Counted from the stretch's first letter, positions 34,102-46,500 are shown. The stretch: DNA of 64,000 bases from Candidatus Bathyarchaeota archaeon (GCA_963770935.1 CAVYRJ010000014.1:61807-125806), one strand, 5' to 3'. The notes: generated from the sequence alone by a model not told the origin. Program-made: numbers and translations.

Positions 34102-36372
34102 ATGAGAATAAAAAACCAGTTTCGCATAAGTATTCTAATATTTATTTTAATTTTTTCAATAATCGCCGCGGCAATATTTGTATCTCAGCAGCTAGCAGTC
34201 CAAGTTAGTAATCAGGAACTCATAACCATAGATATCCAAACCCGAGCCAGCAACCTCGCATACATTTCAAACGACTATTTTCTCTTCCAACAAAGCTCCG
34301 GGTTGGACCAATGGCAAAAAGAATTCGCAACCCTATCCTCTGACCTTTCTAAACTCGCTGTTTACAACCCTCAACAGCAGGCACTTCTCGCCAGCACAAA
34401 AGACGACGCACAACGACTAAATAGCCGCTGGACCGATATTGTTTCTTACCTTCAAAATGCCCCAAGGGACGTTAGCATTAGGGTTCTTCCGGAATTCCAA
34501 ACGAGATCTAGCCGAATGTCTTTACAAAACCAAGCTCTCATTTTCGATGCTCAACAGTTATCTCAAACCTTTCGCGCTCAAATTGATCAAATAAATTTAA
34601 CAAGAGTAATTCTGATCTTATCCCTATTAGGATTATTTGGTGCCTACTTCATCACGAATTATCTCTTAACCTATCGAAAAACACTCAAAGCTATCACTGA
34701 GTTGCAGAATGGAATCAAAATTGTCGGATCAGGAAACCTTCAATATTCCTTGAACGAAAATAAAAAAGATGAAGTGGGTGAAATCTCTAGGTCCATCAAC
34801 CAGATGACATCTAATTTGAAAAATGTTACAGCCTCAAAAACAGACTTGGAACAAGCTCAAGTATCCCTTAGGCAGAGTGAGCAGCGTTGGGCAACTACAT
34901 TGGCAAGTATCGGCGACGCCGTTATTGCCACTGATACATCGGGCAAAATCGCATTTATGAATGATAAGGCTGAAGAATTGACCGGTTGGAATTTGAGTGA
35001 AGCTTCCCAGAAGCCGGTAAAAGAAGTCTTTAACATCGTCAATGAACAATCCCGTTTAGAAGCTGAAAACCCTGTAGATCGAGTTCTCAGAGAAGGCATG
35101 GTTGTTGGTTTGGCTAATCACACAGTTTTGATTCAGAAAAACGGTGACGTAGTTCCAATTGATGACAGCGGAGCGCCCATAAAAGACAAAGACGGCCAAA
35201 CCACAGGTGTGGTGCTAATATTCAGAGACATCACTGAACGAAAAAAAGCCGAAGAGGCTAATGCCAAGCAAGCGGAGCTTATTGATCTTAGTCCTGACGC
35301 CATTATTGTAAGGAAGCTTAATGGAACTGTTACTTTTTGGAATATAGGCGCAGAGAAACTGTACGGTTGGACAAAAGACGAAGCCATAGGACAAGATCTC
35401 AACGTGCTCTTGAAGACAGAATTGCCACAATCGCTTGCAGAGATCCAAAATACTCTCAAAATTAATGGAAAATGGTCTGGGGAAATTGTCCACATCTGCA
35501 AAGATGGGAGTAAGTTGGTTGTGCAGAGTTATTGGTTGGGGAAAATTGGTTCGGATGGCAAAATATTTGAAGTGTTAGAGTCAAATGTGGATATTACCGA
35601 TCATATCCAGATGCAACTTAAGCTTGAAGAGTCTGCCATCCGTCTTGAGGAATATGCCAATCAAATGGAGGAGCTTGCTAATCAGAGAGCAGCACAGTTG
35701 AAAGACGCTGAGCGTTTAGCCGCCATAGGTGCAACTGCGGGCATGGTTGGGCATGATATTCGCAATCCTTTGCAGGCAATAACTGGCGATGTATATTTGG
35801 CTAAAACAGAGTTGGCTACAATTCCTGAAGGGGAAGAGAAAAAGAACATCATAGAAAGCCTCACAGAAATTGAAAAGAACATAGATTATATTAATAAAAT
35901 TGTTGCGGATCTGCAAGACTTTGCAAGACCTCTTAAGCCAATTGTTGAAGAAACTGACTTGAAACTCATAATTGATGATTTGCTGTCAAAGAACGGTTTG
36001 CCAGAGAATGTTAAAGTTAGTGTTAAATTGGAAACTGGGAAAGTTGTTGCTGACTCTACTTTCATAAACCGTATCCTATATAATTTGGTTAACAATGCTG
36101 TTCAGGCTATGCCAAAAGGTGGAAAACTAACCCTTCGGACCTACAAAGAAGCGAACGATACCATCATAAGTGTTAAAGACACTGGCGTTGGCATTCCTGA
36201 AGCAGTGAAAGGCAAGTTGTTTACGCCAATGTTCACCACAAAATCGAAAGGTCAAGGCTTTGGCTTAGCAGTAATTAAGCGTATGACTGAAGCATTAGGC
36301 GGCACCGTCTCTTTTGAGAGCCAAGAAGGCAAAGGAACAACTTTCATTGTACGTTTACCTAAAAAAACGTAA
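34102..36372 (+). CDS. Membrane sensor histidine kinase (TM-extracellular-TM-HAMP-PAS-PAS-HisKA-HATPase)
   Basis: DEVGEISRSINQM (HAMP); SIGDAVIATD (PAS); GHDIRNPL; NAVQA, DTGVGI, FTTK, GFGL. Confidence 0.92.
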   Translation: MRIKNQFRISILIFILIFSIIAAAIFVSQQLAVQVSNQELITIDIQTRASNLAYISNDYFLFQQSSGLDQWQKEFATLSSDLSKLAVYNPQQQALLASTKDDAQRLNSRWTDIVSYLQNAPRDVSIRVLPEFQTRSSRMSLQNQALIFDAQQLSQTFRAQIDQINLTRVILILSLLGLFGAYFITNYLLTYRKTLKAITELQNGIKIVGSGNLQYSLNENKKDEVGEISRSINQMTSNLKNVTASKTDLEQAQVSLRQSEQRWATTLASIGDAVIATDTSGKIAFMNDKAEELTGWNLSEASQKPVKEVFNIVNEQSRLEAENPVDRVLREGMVVGLANHTVLIQKNGDVVPIDDSGAPIKDKDGQTTGVVLIFRDITERKKAEEANAKQAELIDLSPDAIIVRKLNGTVTFWNIGAEKLYGWTKDEAIGQDLNVLLKTELPQSLAEIQNTLKINGKWSGEIVHICKDGSKLVVQSYWLGKIGSDGKIFEVLESNVDITDHIQMQLKLEESAIRLEEYANQMEELANQRAAQLKDAERLAAIGATAGMVGHDIRNPLQAITGDVYLAKTELATIPEGEEKKNIIESLTEIEKNIDYINKIVADLQDFARPLKPIVEETDLKLIIDDLLSKNGLPENVKVSVKLETGKVVADSTFINRILYNLVNNAVQAMPKGGKLTLRTYKEANDTIISVKDTGVGIPEAVKGKLFTPMFTTKSKGQGFGLAVIKRMTEALGGTVSFESQEGKGTTFIVRLPKKT

Positions 36373-36486
36373 TCTGAAATGAGAAATTGTCATGTCAAGT
36401 TTCTAACGTTACACTCGTAGGGTGTTACCGGGAACGTTTTTACGCCTCTATGGAAGCGTGAATGATTAAACCACTTTTGTAATCTT

Positions 36487-39116
36487 CTAATCATGTACTC
36501 TAAAGTTTTCTTTGCCTTTTTGGTTAATCCTGGGAATCGTTATAGTGAATTTAGCTCCTTTGTTGGGTTCGCCATTTTCTTGAATATCCCAACCGTAAAC
36601 TTCTATCATCCTTCTAATCAAATACAATCCATAACCAGACGAGCCTCCAGTGCTGAATCCGCTCTTAAAGAGCTTCATCTTAACATCGACTGGTACGCCA
36701 ACGCCGTCATCTTCGTAAATTAGCCTCAACCTGTCTTGATCTGCTTTCTCATAGCTCACCTTTATCGTTGTGGCCTTTTTACCGTGTTTTAAAGAGTTAT
36801 CAATCAGATTGAAAAACAGTTGTCTCAAGAAAGAATCCGCTAGCAAAGACAACCCACGGCAATCATTGACAACTTTCACGTTAAAGGGGCCTGAAAAGAG
36901 CGCTAACGCCTCTTTGAACGTTCCTTCCACGTTAATGTATGTCAGCTCTTCAACTCCTATTTGCTCATACATTTTGGCGAATTCAAAAATTTTTACTGAC
37001 TCAGCTACTGCCTGCTCCATCTTACTGAGTCCATCAATGATGTCTTTTTTATCGGTATGCTTCTTTTTGAGCAAATAGGCATAGCCAGTTACTGCCGATA
37101 GCTTGTTTCGAACATCATGCCTAGTTAAGCTGCCTACAACATTGAGTTTCTCGTTTACCTTCACCAATTCATCCATCAGCCGATTCAAGTTTTCTTCGGC
37201 TTTTTTGCGTTCAGTGATGTCCTGAGCAAAGCCTACAAGTCCAGTCGCAATGCCATTTTTGCCAAAAGTAGGCATCTTATCTGTCTGAACCCACCTTTTA
37301 CCGCTTGCAGATTCATATTGCTCGATTATGCCAAGTCTGGGCTGCCCTGATTCTAATACCTCTAAGTCGTCTTTTGCCATTCCTCGGGCAATCTCAGAGG
37401 AGAAAAAGTCAAAAACTGTTTTCCCAAGAAATTTTTCCTTAGACATTTTCTGCGCTTCAGCAAATGCTTGATTGACACGAATGAATTTTCCATCTTTATC
37501 TTTGTAGAAAATTATGATTGGTGAAGAATCAATAATGAGGTTGAGTTCCTGTTGCTCTTTTTCCAAACTTTCCTTTGTTTTCTTGTGTTGAGTATTGTCC
37601 ACAAGTAGAACTACAAACTTGCCTTTGGTAGGGCTGAAAGCAAACACATCAAAAAACTTGTCAGTATAACGATTATAGTATTCAAAATGATTTGACTCTC
37701 CAGTCAACGCCACTCTTCCAAGAATCTCGATCCAAGATGACTCGACATCAGGGAAAAACTCCCGAACTCTCTTCCCCTTGATCAATTCCCTTTTAAACCC
37801 AGTTTGTTTCTCGTAGGCTTCATTAATTTCTAGGATGCGGTAGTCACATGGACGCCCCATCGTATCAGTTATTATCTCACATAACGCAAAACCTTCTCTT
37901 ATACCCGCGAACAGTGTGCGGTATCTAGTCTCGCTGACACGCAGCATTTCCTCAGCCTTTTTGCGTTCAGTTATATCTATTGCAAGCCCTCTTAGCCCGA
38001 CCATCTTGTTTTTGTAGAAGCGAGGAGTTGCAATTATAAGTGCAGGGAAAGTGGTCCCATCTTTTCGCATGAACGTGTACTCAGTGGGAACATAGCTTCC
38101 TCCGGATAGTAGCCGCTGAATACTTTTCATTGCTCTTTCTCTATCTGCAGGAACCAGGAACTGCAAAATATTTGCTCCTGCTTCAAGCTCATCCTGAGAA
38201 TAGCCAGAAAGTTTAAGCGCACCTTCATTAGCAAACAATACTTGCCCCTTTATGTCCGTTTCAAAAACAATGTCTGGTAAACAATTTGCCAGTTCTCGGT
38301 ACCTCGCCTCACTTTCAGCCAGAATCTCCCCCGCCTTCTTGCTTTCACTAACATCCAAAAACATGCCTAGCACTGCAGGCTGGTCATCATAATCAACTCG
38401 ATTGGCGAGCGCACTCAGCCAAATTGTAGAGCCATCTTTTCGCTCTGCACGAAACTCAAAGCACGCCTCCGCTTTTTCGCCCCGTAAACGGTTTTCCATA
38501 CGCTTAAAGAAAACGGCCCTATCGTCATGATGAACCAAGCCCAAAATTCCTTCAGGTGAAAGGGACAGCAGTTCTTGAGGAGAATAACCCTAAGATTTTC
38601 CCTATTGCTTCATTGGCAAAAACTAGTCGAAGCGGAGCTACTTTGGTGACTAATATGCCTTGAAGTGATTTCTCCACGAGCATACGATACTTTGACTCTG
38701 ATGCAACAAGCAGTTTTCTTGATTTCTTGCGTTCCACAGTCTTGTTTATAGCATCTGCCAATTCGCAATAAACTGTTTCAGGAGAACCATTTTTGTTAAT
38801 GTAACGATCAGCGCCAAAATTCAAAGCTTTGACTGCAACGTCTTCCCTGCCTTTTCCTGTAAACAAAATAAATGTAATGTCGTTTTTTTGCTCTCTAAGT
38901 TCCTTTAAAAATTCTAACCCGTTTTTCTGAGGCATTTCGTAATCGGAAACTACTGCATCAAAACTTTGTTGTTCCATTTTTTTGAAAGCTTCATCAACTG
39001 AGGAGACACTTTCAACCTCAAAATTGTTCTCCATTAGGAGTATTTGTTTGGATACTTCAAGAAGACACAAGATCATCATCAACGTGCAAAATGTGAAGGG
39101 TAATCTTTTTTGCCAA
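36487..39116 (-). CDS. REC-multiPAS histidine kinase; frameshifts near 39070 and 38590
   Basis: ILHVDDD...VVSDYEMP..FTGKG (REC); several PAS/PAC repeats ending DITERKKAEE; RHDVRNKL; NSLKHG, DDGVGV, GYGL. Confidence 0.88.
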
Positions 39117-39591
39117 GAGCCGACGAGTCGATCAACATAAACGAATTTGTCTCAGTTGTTTGATGTTTTGCCTCTTGGCGAGCACTTCCATTGCTCATGA
39201 GATCAGAAAGGTAAGTGCAATGACTATAAGCGTTCTGAATTTTCAAACATGAACCATAAACCTTACTCAGACTCATTAAAAGTCAAACATAAATTTGACT
39301 CACAAACAAAATAGCTTAAGTTCTATTTCAGTGATGTTAAATTATAAATTCATAAAAGTACAGTTTATCCATCCGTTTCTTGATCTATTTTTAACTGATG
39401 ACGTTGAAGCAAGAGTTGATGCGTACGTTGCCTAACCGAAAGGATAAAACTTTTGACAAGAATATTGTAAATTCCGCAGTTCATTCCCTTAGACATTAAG
39501 CCTCTAAACCTAAATTGTGGTTGTAAGGTGTTTACAACAAATCTTCTTATACTCAAAAAGCACCGTTCCTCTTTTTATAAAGGGTCCTTGC

Positions 39592-41296
39592 ATGGCAAGA
39601 AAACCATCCATCAATATTTCCGCTGAAGAGATCGCTAAAATAATAGATTTGCCAGCACTGCAAGTCATGATGGATGATTTGTATGAAGTTACTAAGATCG
39701 GTTTTAGCCTAATCGATCTTAAAGGTACTGTTCTTGTCGGAACGGGTTGGCAAGACATTTGCATCAATTTTCACCGCAAAAATCCCCAAACACTCAAAAA
39801 CTGCCTTGAAAGCGATCTTAAACTCACAGAAGGCGTTATAGAAGGAGAATATCGCGTCTACAAATGCAAAAACGGCTTAGTAGACATTGTCACGCCATTA
39901 TACATTGACGGAAAGCATGTGGCAAATATATTCTCAGGGCAATTCTTGTTTAAAGGTGAAGATGAAGACTTTGACAGATTTGTTGGGCAGTCAGAAAAAT
40001 ACGGGTTTGATAAGAAAGCTTATCTCAATGCCCTCAAGAATGCTCCTCGTTGGGATAGGGACAAAGTAGAGTGCCTCATGGAATTTTACACCAAGCTTAC
40101 AAAGATGATATCAAAGAAAGGGTTAGTTAATTTAAAGTTAGCAAATCTTTTAGAGGAAGAAAAAGAAACCCAGCAGGATTTAGAAAACAGTCAAAAAGAT
40201 TTGAATCGTGCTCAGGGCGTAGCCAAAATAGGCAGCTGGCGAGTTCACGTTCAAGGAGACCTTTTTTGGTCTGACGAGACATATCGCATTTTTGGGGTGC
40301 CTAAAGGAACGCCGATGACTTATGGTGCTTTTCTAAAATTTATCCATCCAGATGACTGCAAGTACGTTGACGAGCAATGGCAGGCTGCACTTAAAGGTAA
40401 GCCGTATGAGATTGAGCACCGGGTAATAGTAGATGGGAACACTCTTTGGGTGTGTGAAAAGGCGGATTTAGAATTTGATTGTGATGGAAAATTGCTTGGC
40501 GGTTTTGGAACAGTCCAAGATATTACTGAACGTAAGATAATGCAGCAGAGTCTTGAAGAATACAGTAAAAACCTTGAGGTAATTGTGGAAGAACGCACAA
40601 AGCAACTGCAGGAGGCTCAGCGTATGGCGGCTATTGGACAAACAGCCGGCATGGTAGGTCATGATATTCGCAATCCATTGCAGGCGATTGCAAGTGATGT
40701 TTATTTGCTTAAGACTGATTTGGCAACTATGCTTGAATGTGAGATCAAACAAAGTGTAAAAGAAAGCTTGGAGGGAATTGAGAAGAACGTTTACTACATT
40801 AACAAAATAGTCTTAGACCTACAAGATTTTGCTAGACCTCTCAACCTGCATGTTAAAGAAACCGACTTAAAACTCGTAATCGATGAGGTATTGAGGAAGA
40901 ATGGCTTGCCTCAGAATGTTAGAGTAAATGTTCAAATTGGGACTGCGGCTGAGAAATTTATGACTGATCCTACTTTCATAAATCGTATCATTCAAAATTT
41001 AGTTAATAATGCGGTTCAAGCAATGCCCAAAGGAGGCAATCTAACTATTCAGTACGTACAAAGAATCAAATGATACCGTCATGTCTGTTAAGGATACAGG
41101 CGTTGGCATTTCTGAAGCAGTGAAAAGCAAATTGTTTACGCCAATGTTCACCACAAAATCCAAAGGTCAAGGATTCGGCTTAGCAGTAGTTAAGCGTATG
41201 ACTGAAGCGTTAGGAGGCACCGTCTCTTTTGAGAGCCAAGAAGGCAAAGGTACAACTTTTAAAGTATGCTTGCCTTCTCTCAAAGCTAAAAAGTAA
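39592..41296 (+). CDS. PocR-PAS histidine kinase; frameshift near 41050
   Basis: PocR motifs WQDICINFHR...CLESD...YKCKNGLVDIVTPL; PAS_3; GHDIRNPL; HATPase continues in ORF 41081-41296. Confidence 0.88.
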
Positions 41297-41700
41297 AAAA
41301 ACCAACAATTATTGAAGCTTAAAGGAACCAAATGCTCAATTTGAACAAAATGTAATTGGATAGTTGGCTGATGATTTTTTATTATGAATGGGTCTCAAAT
41401 TTGTCATAGGATAGTTGTTGAGTCGCTGTTACCCACAATTATTTAATAGATTCATTATACCAAGATTTGGTTTAAAATAGATTAATATGTATAGATTTTG
41501 CTGACGCAGTAGCCCTCATAGAGAAATTTCACAATAATATGGTCACAAAATGAAGCAACAATTTCTAACTGCTTTGAGAAAGAGTGCTTATTTATCTTAC
41601 TTAATGTCTGCCGAAAAAAATATTGCCTACAAATGTTGCTCATTTCAGGAGTATTCTCAACCTCTACCTGACTATTTGAACATGGATTTTAGAGACATTT

Positions 41701-43680
41701 CTAATCTATTTTTTTATTCTCAGGTTCAGGATAAATTTTCACAGGTAGATTAATGGTGAATCTTGTTCCTTTGTCTTTAGCTGTTTCAACCTTGATTGTT
41801 CCTCCATGGACTTCGATGATTCGTTTGCATATGGATAAGCCAAAACCCATGCCCTGAGCTTTAGTCGTAAACAAAGGCGTGAAGAGCTTGGGCAAAACTT
41901 CTGCAGGTATACCCTTGCCTGTGTCAGCGAAAGTAATCTCTACCGGTCACTTCTTTGGCAACTTGTAATTTCAATTGTCCCATTCTCAGGCATGGCGTCA
42001 ATTGCATTCTGGAGTAGGTTTATGAAAACTCGAATCATTTTGTCAGCGTCAACCCAAATCCAAACATCTTCATCAATTTGGTTTACAATTTGTATTCGAT
42101 CTGGAACTTGAATCATCCGTGCAGCATCATTCACAAGAGGACGTGCGGCGTATCTTATGAGTTTTAGATGCATCTCTCTTGAGTAGTCCAGCAAGTCGGT
42201 GATAATCTTATTTGAGTGGTCTATGGCTTTATCGATTATTTCAAGCGTTTCTTTAGCCTGAGCTTCAGAAATTGCTCTGCCTTTCTTTTTCAAGATATAG
42301 ACAGCGTTTTTGATGCCGGCTAACGGATTGCGCAAATCATGCCCAACCATGCCCGCCAATTCGCCAATAGCTGCCAAACGTTCAGCTTTGAGGAGTCGCT
42401 CATTCGCATCCTTCAGCTGGGCAGTTCTCAAATCAACCATGTACTTCAAGTGTTCTGAATACTGTTTTACTTTATTTTCAAGGATCTTTCGACGTTCTTC
42501 AGTTTTTTTGCGTTCAGTGATGTCTTCAAGTTCAGCAACGAAAAGGTTGGGTTTGCCCCTTTGGTCTAGAACCGCGCTAACCATAATTTTTCCATCTATC
42601 ACAGTTCCATCTTTTCTAACATACTGTTTCTCAAGCGAAAAAGATGATATTTTGCCATTCTCTAATTCACACATTTTTAGTGAGCTTTCTTTGATGTCCT
42701 TTGGATGAGTTATGTCTTTGAAGGTTAGTTTTTGTAATTCTTTTTCATTGTATCCTAATATTTTGCAGAAGGATTCATTTGCGCTTAAGAAGTATTTATC
42801 AGCACCTGAAGTAGCAATCCCAATTGGAGCATAAGGCAACTATTGCCTTTGACCTTTTCTCGCTTTCTATTAATGCTTTTTCTGCTTGCTTGCGTTTAGT
42901 TATATTGCGGCTTACCCCTATGATGGATTGTGGGTTTCCATCTTTATCTCGAAGAATATTAAAATTGACTTCGGTCCAAACAGTTGAGCCATCTTTACAG
43001 GGTTGCTCTAACTCTAAATAGTTTGCAGGAATTGCTCCTGTTTCCCAAAAACTCTGAAAGCCTTGAAGAATTACTTGTGCAGAGTCTGGAGTTAGTGATT
43101 CCATCAAGGATTGCCGTCTTACTTCTTCTGCGGTATATCCCCTAAGCTGATAAACAGATGGACTCACGTAAGTCGTTTGTCCCTCTAAGTCCGTGGTCCA
43201 AATCACATCAAGTGAATTATCTGCTAGTAAACGATATTTTGATTCGCTTTTGGTTAGTGCATCTCGAACTCTTTTGTGTTCTGCGACAGCTCTTATGCTG
43301 TGTGATAGTTCTCCGTAGACTGTTTCTGGTGAACCCTGTTTGTTGTAGTACCCATCTGCCCCGAAGTTTAATGCTTTGATCGCTATTTCTTCTCTGCCTT
43401 TGCCAGTAAAAAGTATAAACGGAATTTTGTTTTTTTGTTCACGCAATTCTTTTAGGAATTGAAGTCCATCTTTTTGGGGCATCTCATAATCGGAAACCAC
43501 AACATCATATTGTCCAATTGATAATTTCTTGAATGCATCATCCACACAGCAAGCTTGGTCAATCTCAAAGTCAACGTTCATATCCAGCAGAATTAACTTT
43601 GCTATCTCTAGCGTTGCACAGTCGTCATCAACATGCAAAACACGAATGAAACTATTCTTTTCTTCGGTTGATGGTGCCAA
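41701..43680 (-). CDS. REC-PAS-PAS histidine kinase; two frameshifts
   Basis: IRVLHVDDD...SDYEMP; two PAS domains; GHDLRNPL; NAIDAM; FTTKAQGMGFGL. Confidence 0.88.
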
Positions 43681-44092
43681 CTCGGTTGTTTCTACAATTA
43701 TTTTATTTTGATTGAGGTGTTGTATTAGCGATACCCCAGCTTAGATAGTTACTTAATTTAGTGATTAATCAGTTATGAACTAAAAATATTGAGTACTGAT
43801 CCCAAATGTGGAATTAATGAAACATTTGCTTTTCTGTCAGGAATTTGGATTTAACCGTTTAAGCGCATAGTGAAACCTTAGGCGGCACAGGTACATTTGA
43901 GGCTCAAGAGGATAGCCTTTTCAACAAATCGCTTTTTTCTTCTTAACATCAGTCACGGCAGTCGGCAAACTTCAAGACTCCCCATTACAGAATCTTGTTT
44001 GCGTAATCGGGATATTTTGTTGTGAAATCTTAAGGTTTAAATGATGGCAGATAAACTAAAATGGCATCGGCGCAAAAACCGAGAGGCAATGT

Positions 44093-44201
44093 GCCGGGGT
44101 AGCCTAGCCTGGCTAGGGCGCCAGACTCATAATCTGGAGTGCAAAAGGGGCCATCGCCCTATGCCCAGAAGTCGCGGGCTCGAATCCCGTCCCCGGCACC
44201 A
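44093..44201 (+). tRNA. tRNA-Met (CAT, elongator-type) with 31-nt intron at position 45/46 (44140-44170); CCA encoded
   Basis: Acceptor GCCGGGG/CCCCGGC; anticodon arm CCAGA-CTCATAA-TCTGG; T arm GCGGG-CTCGAAT-CCCGT. Removing 44140-44170 restores the AGGTC variable loop. Confidence 0.9.
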
Positions 44202-44251
44202 ACAATTTTTCATTTTTATAGATGGAAATAGCACAATATCAGCAATATAAT

Positions 44252-44328
44252 GGGAGCTGTCAGGCTAGCTTGGTTAGGCTTGTAGACTTGGGCTCTATAG
44301 ATTCCGGTTCAAATCCGGGTGGCCACCA
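44252..44328 (+). pseudogene. Degenerate tRNA-Pro (TGG)-like sequence
   Basis: D-loop AGCTTGGTTA, anticodon arm GTAGA-CTTGGGC-TCTAT, T arm TCCGG-TTCAAAT-CCGGG and terminal CCA. Acceptor stem pairs poorly. Confidence 0.7.
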
Positions 44329-44458
44329 TTAACTTTTTCAGTCATTTTCAAAGTGCAATTTCTCTTTTTCAGAAAATCTCCATGCCTAACCATACCCGAC
44401 TACACGATTAATTTTTATGTGTAGCTGTTGTTGTAGTTGGTTTACTTGGCGTATCTAT

Positions 44459-46292
44459 TTGACGTTTAAGAGGCTCTTGCTTGTCAAGCCTTCAGGAAGG
44501 AAAGGCTTGAGTTTTTCTTTCGATATGATACCTATCGGTTTAGAGTACCTTGCGGCTTACGTCAAAGACACCGTGGATCAAGTCAACATAGTTGACATGG
44601 AGTTGGATAAGCAGAGATTTTCAAGAAATAATCAACCTTTACCGCCCAGACCTCGTCGGCATCACGTTATCGGCAACTGAACATAACCAGGGTCTTCGTC
44701 TTGCAAAGATTGCTAAAAAAAACAATTTACCCACAATAGTTGGTGGTTATCACCCGACAAGTGTTCCAGACCTGATGCTTTCTTACCCCCAAATCGACAT
44801 GGTTGTTCGTGGAGAAGGCGAGGCTACTCTGAAAGAGCTTTTGGAGACGGATACTTTTGAGGATGTTCAGGGGCTATCTTACAGGAAGAACGGAAAAATA
44901 ATTCATAATAAAGCAAGAAAACCAATTGATAACATAGATGCTCTTCCCTTTCCCGCTCGATACTTGAGGCAATACCCATACAAAAGTCAAGATAGAGTCA
45001 CAGATTGCGATGTGATAACGATGTTTCGGGGCTGCAATGGACTTTGCAGTTTCTGCTGCGAACCAAGCATGAGTCAGGGATGTCTAAGAAGTAGGTCACC
45101 GGAAAACGTTATGAAAGAGATTTTGGAGATGTCCGAGTTTCACATCAGAAAACCTGTAAATGTGATGTTTGCTGACCCAAACTTCATGGGTAACCCAAAA
45201 CTAGTCAATCGTCTTTGCGACTTACTCATGGAACATGATTTAAACATGGAATTTTGCGCTCTTGTTAGGGCAGACGCCATGGCAATGCACCCGCAAATCG
45301 TAAAGAAAATGTGTCATGTAGGCATACGAAGGTTTGAAATGGGTATTGAAAGCCCATACATCAAAGACTTAAAGTCAACAAAGAAAGGTACAACCAACAA
45401 GGTCCACATAGAAGCGGTTAGAAACATACGTGAAAACGGTGGCAGAGCAGGAGGAACCTTCGTTATAGGCTTGCCTGAACAAACTGAAGAGGAAATCAAA
45501 ACTTTTCCTACTTACGCAAAAGACATTGGCTTAACAGGCGCCGCCTTTGGCATTGCAACGCCATTTCCCGGGACAGACTTCTACAAAGAGACAAGTGAGC
45601 AAGGTTTAATCTTTGAAACCAACTGGGATTCCTTTGACGAAATGCACTCTGTGTACACAACCAAGTACCTGACAAAAGAGAAAATTGAAGAAATGGCCAC
45701 TTACTGTATGGCGAAATTCTGGAACATGGACACATTCATCGACCACGAAAAGATTTCGCAAACACGAACTAAACAGAAAAAGACGATAGTTGATTTTGCC
45801 CAAGAGAGAATTCTGAATCTCGGTTTCCTGACTAATAACGGAACGGAACTGCAAAAAGGCAACTTTAAAAAACACATAAACACCTTCCTTGAGGCTTACA
45901 TAGACCCACGAGTAGAAGCATACACCCGAAAAGTCGGAGTCCACGACGTCTTAGAAATGACCCGTTTCCTTAGAATACTGGGACCACAAAAAATCCAATG
46001 CACGCTAAGCTTAGAGAACACCCATGCTAGCTTCATATTTAAAACAACTAAAACAACTGTTGAGTACATACGCATTATTAGAGGAAGACAGGCTGGGGCA
46101 ACCATAAATCTTGATGTCGATCTAAAGTGGCTAAGTGAACCCGACAATTCACATATTATCAAGAGACTTGCATTTGTGTTCTCACACAATTTAACTCCAA
46201 AGCAACTATGGAACACTTTTAGGCTTTTTGCCGCTGTAGGAACAGATGCCTTGGCGTGGAATCTACAGAAACTCAAATCTCGAAAATCTTAA
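44459..46292 (+). CDS. Cobalamin-binding radical SAM protein with C-terminal SCP2-like extension; frameshift near 44610
   Basis: N-terminus TFKRLLLVKP...PIGLEYLAA; GGYHPT; RGEGE; RGCNGLCSFC; PFPGT; C-terminal region ending ATINLDVDLKWL. Confidence 0.88.
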
Positions 46293-46319
46293 AGTTTGTT
46301 CAAAAAAGGTCTATGGACA

Positions 46320-46352
46320 CTATAGGCTCCGGTTCAAATCCGGGGCAGTCCA
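46320..46352 (+). repeat. tRNA-Pro 3' fragment, direct repeat of 44295-44319
   Basis: CTATAG-gc-TCCGGTTCAAATCCGGG versus CTATAG-at-TCCGGTTCAAATCCGGG (23/25 identical), followed by GCAGTCCA. Confidence 0.8.
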
Positions 46353-46500
46353 CAGCCTTTTAGTAAATTGGTTTTTTTAGGTTGCTAGGCGTCAAAAGTT
46401 GACTTTTATGTTCTCAAATATGGTCTGTTGACCATCCCGATTTTTTTGGCACCACAAATCTTAAAACTAAATCAGAATTACTGTTGATTGAGTGATTCTA

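Noticed and set aside
36405-36440. Hairpin GTTACACTC-GTA-GGGTGTTAC between convergent kinases
   Set aside because: Short, imperfect and single copy; at most a terminator.
44252-46352. Trans-spliced split tRNA-Pro
   Set aside because: No complementary leader sequences or BHB junction seen, and the first copy is already full length.
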